DNA of 64,000 nucleotides, from the NCBI GenBank assembly GCA_013239625.1, contig MU054323.1:434001-498000 (forward strand), given 5' to 3'. Source of the DNA: Lama guanicoe. Lineage: Eukaryota. The position numbers and the translations under genes were made by a program. A model generated the notes under the pieces. It had not been told where the DNA came from, did no database searches, and was given only the letters and a program-made list of their open reading frames with translations. Positions 39,520-49,214 of the stretch are shown in pieces; positions within the stretch are counted from its first letter, which is position 1; every line of letters begins with the position of its first letter.

Positions 39520-40290
39520 GTTGTTCTGGACACGTGAAAGATAATGTCTGGGCATTTAACTTGGAGCTCCCACATCTCAAATCCACCTCCAAAGTATCTT
39601 TGCATCTGTCCCCTTCTCATCACACCCAGCTGGACTGTCTCCATCATTTCTTCCTGGGGAACTGAGCAATCTCCTTCGGAGTCTATCTGCTTCCTGCCTT
39701 GCTTAATCCATTCAACCTCCACACACAGGCCAAAGCCACCTTTCAGGTCATGCCCCTGCTTAACACTTAACAGTGACTTCCCACTACGTTTAGAAGAAAA
39801 CCTAATTCCCTGCTGGGACCTATGAAGTTCCCCAATGATCTAGCCTCTGTCCACCTGGCATCCTCACCTCCCACCACTTGATTTCCCAGCTTACTGCCCC
39901 CACCCCCTAGCACTGCTGCCCCCCTTGTAGCTCCCAGAGTGCACCCATCTCGTTCCCACTAGCCTTCTGTGATTGTCCCCAGATCACCGCAGGGCTGGGT
40001 CCCCCTTATCACTCAGACCTACGTGGCCTGCTCAGAGTGACTCTCCCTGACCACGCTGTTGGGAGCAACCCCGCATCTCATCTTGTTCCAGACATGCTCA
40101 TCAGATTACCTCGTCTTTTCTTTCTATAGAGCACTTATCCTCACTTGAAAAATCCCTTCTTCACTGTCTTTTCCCTCCCACTAGAATGTCGGTGCAAATA
40201 GATTGTTTTCTTCACTTGGGTATCACCAGAGCCTACAACAGAGGCTGGTGTACAGCAGATGTTCAAAAGTGTTTGTGACTCAGTGAAACG
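39520..40290 (+). mobile_element. L2 LINE 3' portion
   Basis: Pyrimidine-rich body ending ccctcccactagaatgt...ttcacttgggtatcaccagagcctacaacagaggctggtgtacagcagatgttcaaaagtgtttgtga. Confidence 0.75.
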
Positions 40291-40742
40291 TGGGCAAAAG
40301 TAGGAGGGAAGACAGGGCGCCTTTGTTGAGTCTCTACTATCTGTGAGGTTGCTTCCACCTTTTTCATCTTTATCCTCCAACCAGTACTGGGTAATATCAG
40401 CTCACAGGGCACAGAGGAGTAGACTGAGTCTTAGAGAAACTTAGGAATGTGTATAAGGATTTGCAATAACTAACAGACCCATAGGATGGAGTATTGAGGT
40501 AAGTGATACTCCACAGCTTGTGGCTTTTCCACTGCACCGGACAGCATCATTTATAACGAACCTGGCAGCCAGGCATCTGCCGCCTCTACCCCTTAGTAGT
40601 GTGGGTTGGTTAGAACTCATTCATAGAGAGCGGGTGTGCAAAGGGGGAAATGTTACTGTTGTTATCTGGGGGAGGACCACCAACCACTCATAATTCACAT
40701 GAACAAACCACAAGAATAATATTTCATAAAAAGTCATACCTA

Positions 40743-42052
40743 GTGTTATGGGTTGAATGCTGCCTCCTCCCCCAAGATATGGTGAAACCCTAGTCCCTAG
40801 CCCCTCAGAATACAAACTTATTTAAAAATAAGGTCACTACAGATATCATTTGTTTAGTTAACACGAGGTCATACTGGAGTAGGGAGGATCTGTAACCTAG
40901 TATGACTGGTATCTGTATAAGAAGAATAAGAAGAGAGAAATTTGGACATGGAGACACAGGGAAGATGGCCAAGGGAAGGCACTGGCAGAGATGGGAATAA
41001 TGTTGCCATAAGCCAAGGAATGCCCGGGGCTGCCCAGGGCTGGGCATGGAAAGGAAGTACCCTTCCCCGGACGCTTTGGAGGAAGTGTGGCCTTACCAGA
41101 ACTGTAGGACAGCAAGTTTCTGTTGTTTTATTTCTATTTTTAACATTTTTAAATTGATTTATAATCATTTTACAATGTTGTGTCAAATTCCAGTGTAGAG
41201 CACAATTTTTCAGTTATACATGAAGATGTATATATTCATTGTCACATTTTTTTTCTCTGTGAGCTACCATAAGATCTTGTATATATTTCCCTGTGCTATA
41301 CAGTATAATCTTGTTTATCTATTCTACAATTTTGAAATCCCAGTCTATCTCTTCCCACCCCCTGACCCCTTGGCAACCACAAGTTTATATTCTATGTCTG
41401 TGAGTCTATTTCTGTTTTGTATTTATGCTTTTTTTTGTTTGTTTGTTTTAGATTCCACATATGAGCCATCTCATATGGTAATTTTCTTTCTCTTTCTGGC
41501 TTACTTCACTTCGAATGACATTCTCCAGGAGCATCCATGTTGCTGCAAATGGTGTTATGTTGTTGGATTTTATGGCTGAGTAGTATTCCATTGTATAAAT
41601 ATACCACATCTTCTTTATCCAGTCATCTGTTGATGGACATTTTAGACTGTTTCCATGTCTCGGCTATTGTAAATAATGCTGCCATGAACATTGGGGTGCA
41701 GGTGTCATCCTGAAGTACGGTTCCTTCTGGATATATGCCCAGGAGCGGGATTCCTGGGTCATATGGTAAGTCTATTCCTAGTCTTTTGAGGAATCTCCAT
41801 ACTGTTTTCCACAGTGGCTGCACCAAACTGCATTCCCACCAGCAGTGAAGGAGGGTTCCCCTTTCTCCACAGCCTCTCCAGCATTTGTCATTTGTGGATT
41901 TTTGAATGATGGCCATCCTGACTGGTGTGAGGTGATACCTCATTGTAGTTTTGATTTGCATTTCTCTGATACTTAGTGATATTGAAAGTTTCTGCTGTTT
42001 TAAACCACCCAGTTTGCCATAATTTGTCATGCAGCCTTAGGTAACTGATACA
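40743..42052 (+). mobile_element. MaLR solo LTR (MLT1B/C-like), split by the L1 at 41130-41985
   Basis: 5' part gtgttatgggttgaatg...ccagaactgtaggac (40743-41129); 3' part ttttaaaccacccagtttg...gcagccttaggtaactgataca (41986-42052). Confidence 0.88.
41130..41985 (-). mobile_element. 5'-truncated LINE-1 nested in an MLT1 LTR, 16-bp TSD
   Basis: ORF 41623-42030 contains [47 protein letters not shown] (L1 ORF2 C-terminus). TSD aagtttctgttgtttt (41114-41129) / aagtttctgctgtttt (41986-42001) at a TTTT/AA endonuclease site. Confidence 0.95.
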
Positions 42053-43899
42053 CCTAGAAAGAAAAATCCAGGGATAAACGTCACCATTGGCTGGTGGGAC
42101 TTTTCGAGGCAACCCCAGTAATCCACATGAAATGAAGGAGCAAGAGAAAAGGGAGAAGGAAGGAAAGCTCCATTATCTGCAGCTCTCTTGCCCAGTATGC
42201 TCAAAGAGGAGTCACTTCTATGCAATGCTTCTAGGTTTGCAGAATCACGCAGAACGTAACACAGCCTTTGGTAGGAGCTCAGCTCACTGGTGCCGGCTCA
42301 CTGGAGTTTACACCAGAATGATTTCACCATCTCCCTTAAACATGGCCAAACCATAGACCTCTTTTTATGCATATTTTTTCATGTTTGGAAGTATCTTCCC
42401 TCTTACTTGCTTGTCTACTTGCTTCAGTGTGGTGTTACCTCCATCATGCCCTCAAAATCATACAAGTCATTAATCCAAAGCCAACAATGTTTCAATTCTT
42501 CTAGTTCTTTTTTCTATGAATATATGTATTTGCGTGACTGGGTTTCCACAGCATAGATAATTTTATATTTATGGAACCACTTCCGTGTTAACGGATTTAT
42601 GTAATTTCTATTTTCAATTAATTTATCATTGATCTACTTTCTACTTATAAACAATGCTGTGATGGACATCCTTTTGCATCAAATCATGTCTCTATTTCAG
42701 GTTGGGCATATGCTTGGAAATGGATTGCAGGAACAAAGGACATGATAGATGTTAAACTCTTTCTGTAAATGCTAGCCATGCTTCTGGGGCATGAATCAAA
42801 TGCAGAAAAACTATATTTTTGGTCAAAACATGGACCCAACATCTATTTACTAAGTGAAGTGAAACTGTCCTTCAAGGGAAGGTATATATCATATATAAAA
42901 TATATAGACTTAAACTTTGTCCAGCAGTAATAGTGATATTCTAAACACACTCCTTGTATTTGAGGACCATATTCATTACCAGATTATGTAAATCTGGGAT
43001 TATTCATTCTAAGATGCAGTGGGAACATTGGATGATGAAATTATTTATAATAACGTTAAAAATATAGTTTCTGTGTTCTTGACTTTTCAAAAACCCTTCT
43101 CATCATTCTCGTGACTTCCAAACCTCCGCATCCATTTGCCCCACCTTTTAAACTTTTCTTTTTTCCCTTCCTTTTCTTCCATCCTCTGTGATAAAGCATG
43201 GACTGCTGACAGCACAGACTGTATTCTGACTGACACAAAGTTTGGGTTAATTTCTCAAAAAAAAAATTGATAAAATCAGATCTTTCCTAAAGAACAGATT
43301 GGCATTCTGTGGGGCTCTGAATCTGAGCCTGGATGAGAACTTACATTTTTCTTTTATTTTTTCTTTCCATCCAGAGCAAGTGGGTCCATGATATTGTCAT
43401 CTTTGTCCCCTGGCTCACTCTGATCTCTTCTAAGTGGAGTTGAAGAACTACGTGGGTGTGTGCAGAGGAATTAATTTTTTCAGAAAGATTCCCAAAAGAC
43501 GTAGCCCTCATATGGCACAAAAGTCACTCATCCGTTCATTCTTTCAAAATGTTTAGTATGTGCACGTTATTTGCCAGGGCCCAAGCTGGGCATTGAGGGA
43601 CAAATAGGAAAGATCAGATGCACCCTCAGGGAGCCAGCAATCTAAGCAGATAATCCTGTAACTGAGAATCACCACAAGAGGGGGGAGAAATCACCACATG
43701 GCTGCCCAGAGCAGAGGAAATCAGGGTGAGGTCCTGGAGGAGGTGGTGCCTGGGGGAGGTCTCAGAATTTGTGGAATTCCCAATCACAGTAGAGCAGTTG
43801 TGTTCTCTGACATCTGGTCATATGTGTCTCTGGGCTGCATCATTCTTACTGCCTTATTCAGAAGCCCAGCCCAGGACCTTTTGAACAAAATTTTAGAGA

Positions 43900-44130
43900 G
43901 TTGCAGTGAAGACCCAAAGGAACACAGGACTAGGAGTCCAAAAGCCCTGGGTTAGAAGTTCAGCTTTGCCATCTCCCTTGCCTCGTGGGCTCAAACACTT
44001 CCTCGAAACTCACAGAGCCTCAGTTTCCTCCTCTGTGAAATGGGACCCATACCCCTTACCTGAAAGTGCGAGGCTTGAGCAGGATGCTGCATATGTGAAA
44101 TGCTCGAGGTCGTGCACTGTACCACATCTT
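43900..44130 (+). mobile_element. MIR SINE
   Basis: gccctgggttagaag...gagcctcagtttcctcctctgtgaaatggg...gcatatgtgaaatgctc. Confidence 0.75.
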
Positions 44131-44239
44131 ACCCTGGGCTACTTTTCAAAGCTGAGCCTGCGAACACCGCCCAAGGGGTGGGTGGCAACACGTAATCCCG
44201 CCCTCTGTGAACTAGTGACCTCCCTGGCCACGGAAGCAG

Positions 44240-44800
44240 ACAGGTCATTTAAAAAATGTAATTTTCGCATTGACATTCTTCATGCTAAGCCTGGGGGCAG
44301 GCATGTCCATTCTGCTCGGGGACAGCTCCGGGGCAGTAACCCAGAAAGACGAGGCAGCCCTCACTTTGCCATTCTGCGCCTGGGCTGCTGACAAAAGAAT
44401 TGTGCAAATGAACCTTTAAATCCGTAAATAGTGCCCCCACAATGCCGGGAAGAATGCAGCGGCGACAAAGGGCAATATTCACAGTTTATCTCAGGGTGAT
44501 GGATCTGAATGGACGCATGAACACGGGTTTGTTAGAGAAAGAGCGGGCCACAGCCCCCCGCCGGGAACCCAGTGGCCGCAGTCTGCAGTGCAAACAGTCA
44601 GTCTAAATCCTGAACAATTAGGGGAAACCAAGCTGCCATTATCTGAACTTCAACTTGTTCTCATGATTGATATGGGAAATGAAAAGTTGTACACGGCTCG
44701 GGGAAGGCTCTGTGCGCCCTCACCGCACGCAGGGCCTCCGTGAAGGTGCAGAATGTATATTTCATACACACGGTGTGAGTGGCCTGCATGCCGCCCGGTC
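44240..44800. promoter_or_regulatory. Candidate enhancer with PBX-HOX-type sites
   Basis: TGATGGAT 44497-44504, TGATTGAT 44664-44671, locally elevated CpG, no repeat recognised. Confidence 0.4.
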
Positions 44801-45149
44801 AGCACAGGGATGGGGGCAGCCCTGAGCATCAGATGGTCCTCGTGTGGTACCCACCTCTGATCGGTCAAATATCACCCCTCAATCTAAGTTCTCTGAAAAT
44901 TCCTACTCAGTAACGTCGGTATTTCACCAAATTCTCCAAGTTTGTTCTTGGGGTGGGACAGGACTTCTGGTTGCAGGTGGGGGCTTAATTCCATGTTAGC
45001 TGCCTGACGTTGGTCTGGTCGGCACATCTGTCTGCCCCTCAGTTTCGTCAGCTGTGAGATGGAGATAAGACCCACTTCACAGACAAGTAAGCGGCTTGAC
45101 TAGTTTGGTCCCTGGCAGCTGAAAAGTACCCAGGAGAAATGAAGTGCCC

Positions 45150-45880
45150 ACATACACTCATTCAAGCAGCAGGTAGAGCCTGGGCCCTAGCTGAGTACCA
45201 GTCACTCTGCTTGGTGACAGTGACGAGGGTGGTACAGATGGGAATGAGAACTCTTGCCTTCATGGGATGTGACTGGGGGCTTGTGAGCACAAAGCGACAG
45301 TTTGGTACCTAACAGGCTGTTTTAAGCTTTTCAAGGGCAGGGCTGTGTCATCTTCCTCCTTGAGTCTCCAGTTTCGTGGAGCAGAGCAGCAGTTCCATGG
45401 TGTTTGTGGAGCTGAAGTGAGGCCGGGGCTATGGGGGAAGGACATGGCCCCAGGAGGATGATTTGAGCAGGGCCTCCAGGGGTGATGGGATTGGAGAGGC
45501 TGATGAGAAGGAGAGAGGCATCGTTCCAAGCTGCAGAAACAGTCCCGGCAGAGGCTCGGAAGCAGGGCTGCACAGGGCCAGGAGCTGGAATGTGGGGTTC
45601 TTGGAAGGGAAAGGTAGGGGTGGAGGCTGGAAAAATGAGCTGATCATCAAAGGGTTTTGAAAGCAGAGAAGAAGTTGGCTTTTTACCCCCGTAGGGAGTG
45701 ATGGAATGTTCTGGAGCAAGGGAATGCAACCTGACTGGGAACAGTCCCCTGAGGATGCAGGCCTGCCGGGGGCACTGCGATGGGGCAGGAGTGGCCTGCA
45801 GAAAGCGGGGTCAGCAGGGCTTGGAGGCTGGGGGAGAGAGGTCAGAGGTAACAAAGGTGGCGGACCTTTGGCTCCTCCTG
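45150..45880 (-). mobile_element. L2 relics
   Basis: cactcattcaagcag...gagtaccag...; purine-rich gggagtgatggaatgttctggagcaaggg...gagaggtcagagg. Confidence 0.55.
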
Positions 45881-46239
45881 CTCCAATTCATTAATTAATG
45901 AAACTCTTCTTATTTCTTTCCCTCAGAAAGGAAGGTCAGAATTCCACACGCGAGCTCAGTTGCCAGGATCTTCTAAAGTCAATCTAGCAATGAATGGCAC
46001 ACACATAACATTTTCAGAATGGGAAGCAGAAACAGACTTTTTGTAAACATTCAGTTCTTGCAGCACCCTCCTGTGGGAACTCCTGTCACTTTAATGTCGC
46101 TTTTAGGAAAACTGAGGCCCAAAGGATTAGATAGATGGGTGATTTGCTCTACATCTGAGGTGGGATTTGAACCGGGGTCTTTCTGATGAGAAAGCCTTCC
46201 CACTCTCCTTTATGTTAAGCCACCTCTGGTGAGGCCTGC

Positions 46240-47600
46240 GTGCAATGGCTCCGAAAGACCTGCGCTCGGGCCACCGGGACAGCGGCTGAAACAGAGACTT
46301 CCAAGAACCCTCTTCAAAGCGGCCTGAGGCATTCAGCAAGGCCCGGCATTCAGGCTGCAAAGATTTCTCCATTGTCTCCACCATCAGAGGTAAGTGACAT
46401 CTTGAACGCCTCAAGAAGATTAAATAGCCCGGCTCCGTCGGAAAGCTTAAAAAAAAAAAAAAAAAGAGTGAGAGAGAGGGAGAAGAAAGGGCCCAAGTTG
46501 GCTATTATAGAGCTGGTCCTTTTTTGTCGGAGAAAGCGCTTTCAAGGAGCACTATTGGAAGAAGCGGGCCCAGATAGGAAGACAATGCCGGGGAGCCAGA
46601 GAGAACTCCGAGAGGAACCCGGGGCTGGGCGCCTTGAATGCGGATTACCGCGGCTCCGAGCCGCCAAAGAAAAGGGGAAGCCTGGTCAGGATGAAAATGA
46701 GGAGTTACTTTTTTCCCTTCCCCTCTGCGACTCCAGTTCACTGCGCAGTAACAATGCTTGATGGGGGGCACTTGACACGCCCCTCTTCCAGGCCATGTTG
46801 GCGCCCCATGTGGGGCCCCCGGGGAACAAGGGCGGCGCAAACCCAAACAAAGCTGATTTTAACCCAATAAACTCACCCCGCATTTTCGAATAGGAGTGAC
46901 GAACGCCTGGGCTGCTGTCGCCGGCCCAGACACACGGGACAAATAAGGAGTTTGGATCTGCGGATGTTTGGATCTGTGAATGTTTGGATCTGTGAAACCT
47001 TCATCTTTTTAAAAGTTTTTTTTTTTTTTTAACGCTTTCGACGGGGAGGAAGAGCAGGGATGCTAATGGCCCTGCTGGCGACCTCAGAAGAGCTTGTTTC
47101 TAGCAGGTGATGAAGGTGCGGGCTGTGAAGAGAAAGGGATCTAATTTGCTCAGTTCCTGGGAACACAATTTGCTTTTTTTTTTTTTTTTAAAAAGAGGAC
47201 GAACACAATTTGCTTTTTAATCGGGCACTGTCCTAATTCACCTCCGCATGGCAGCCCTGCGCATTCCCTGGTCATTTCCGTGTCTTCAGAGAGGCGCGAT
47301 GATGAAACAGCTTCGGACAGCAAGATGGGAGATCTGGGTTCGAGTCTCTCACCAACTTGCTGACAATTTTTCAAGAATCACTTGGCTTCTGGGCGTTTCG
47401 GTTCTTGCTGCAATGCTTTGAGCGCTCCGTTGTTTGGAGAAGGCAGCAAGCTGGTTTCCACAGTGCACCCCGCAGGACATACGGCACACAGTGGGTGCTT
47501 CGTAAATATCCGAGGGCGATTAGTGCCCCATCCTGCTTCCTTCTCCGAGAAAAACCAAGTACAATGATCAGTGCAAATCCCTCCTTTTGAAACAGCAAGT
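46240..47600. promoter_or_regulatory. Weak orphan CpG-island-like region
   Basis: CpG visibly enriched over flanks (e.g. ccgcggctccgagccgcc, ggcggcgc, gtcgccggc); no associated coding exon recognised. Confidence 0.4.
46950..46996. repeat. 16-bp tandem repeat x3
   Basis: gtttggatctgcggat / gtttggatctgtgaat / gtttggatctgtgaa. Confidence 0.9.
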
Positions 47601-47979
47601 ACATTTTACAAATGTGAGATAGCAGATTTAGTATTTTTTTGTTTTTCCCCTGTGAAACCCAATCATCCAAAAAATATTTAGTAGTAATAAATAGTCACAG
47701 AGCCAAAGTCCCTGTCTGAAATTCAGCCTAATGAAGCTTCAAAATGATTTTCATTTACATAGGGTCACTAGTGGTTCTCAAACTTTACACTCTGTTAAAA
47801 AGAAGCACTTAGCAGGTGTTGAAATCAGAAATGTCACAGAAGCCTGAATAATGAACTTGGTGAATCCTCATTCTTTCTGGGGTCCTAAGGCCATGTCCTG
47901 CCATTTGGTACTTCCTGTGTACTGGAGTAGTGTCAGCCTTTTATATCTGGTTTTATCTTTTCACATTTGGGTTTTGCTT

Positions 47980-48011
47980 TGTGTGTGTGTGTGTATGCAT
48001 GTGTGTGTGTG
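47980..48011. repeat. (TG)n microsatellite, interrupted
   Basis: tgtgtgtgtgtgtgtatgcatgtgtgtgtgtg. Confidence 0.9.
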
Positions 48012-49214
48012 AATTACTAGACTTGGCATACCTATCAGAATTTAAAGTCCCAGTGGAAAGGGGATTTGGCATCTTCAGGTGGAGAAAGGAGGTTTATGTC
48101 ACTTCGGAAGCCCTCCTTGGGATGTGAACATACCTGCATGAAGCGTAATGCCTCACGCTGAGGCTCTCCTTACTGAGAACGTCTGTCTTTCTCAAATGGA
48201 GGAGAGGAGCCTCCTTTCTCATAGCGGCTTCATGTGGCCCCGGATGCACCCCGAATGAACTCGTGGCCAGTATCAACCTCAAGCAGGAACCACGACTAGT
48301 GGGAAGGGCGGTGAGCTTTGGCATAAGGCAGACCTGCAGCTGACACCCGCTCTGCCCTCTTTCAGCCCTGGACCCTGGAGTGAGCCACCGAGCCACTCTG
48401 GGGCTTGCTTTCCTAGCATAATAACACCAACGCTTCAGCGCTCTTGTGAAGATAATACGAGTGGGTGTCACTGAAACTCCGTGCGGTGCTCAATGTCAGT
48501 AAGAGGAGTGGGTGGACCAGGCAGGGCTGCCAACAGCTTAGGCCCTGGTGGTCCAGCGTGTGGGCGGCAGAGGCTGAATCTGGCTCTGCCGCTTATGAGG
48601 TAGAGGGTCTCCTATGCGTTGGACGATTCATCTGTAACATGGAAGCTTCTTCCGGGGTGGCTGTAAGGATTTAGAGGTAACATATGGAAGGATCTTAGAC
48701 CAGTGAGCGAAGTGGGAGAAAGGGAGAGATCAGCTAGAAAAGTCTGAGCGCCCTCAGTTCTGACCACATCACCTGAAGAAGACTCACTCCAGGAAACCAG
48801 CGCCAGAGTGACTCTCCAGGGACGAGGAGGAGAGAAAGTTGAATATCTGAGCTTCTGCCCCTGTTCCCTCTTTCCCCTGCACCCCCATCCTCTGGGACTG
48901 CAGGTGGAATCACTTAATGGAGAAATATTCCATGCCCATTCCTAGGATATGGTGTGACTGGGCTGTAGGAGCGCTGAGAGGTGAATCAAGAAGGTCATTA
49001 CCGTTAACATTGAAAAATGTCTCAACATGGTGCTTGTGAGAACTTCCTTCACTTTGCTGTGGAGCATGCCCTACTTACTGGCTTTAAATGCACTGGAAGA
49101 CAAACATCACCCCTTCTCCAAAACCCCATGGCTTGTATGAACCAAAATTTACTGCTCACTCCCGCTGCCCTTGGCAGCAGGTTTACCAGCACTCTGCTTT
49201 GCTCCATGTGTCCG

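Noticed and set aside
46240..46761. 173-aa ORF with poly-Lys (NLS-like) stretch
   Set aside because: The poly-K comes from an A homopolymer; a chance ORF in GC-rich DNA.
46950..46996. Possible CRISPR-like repeat
   Set aside because: Head-to-tail 16-mers without spacers, in mammalian DNA with no cas genes.
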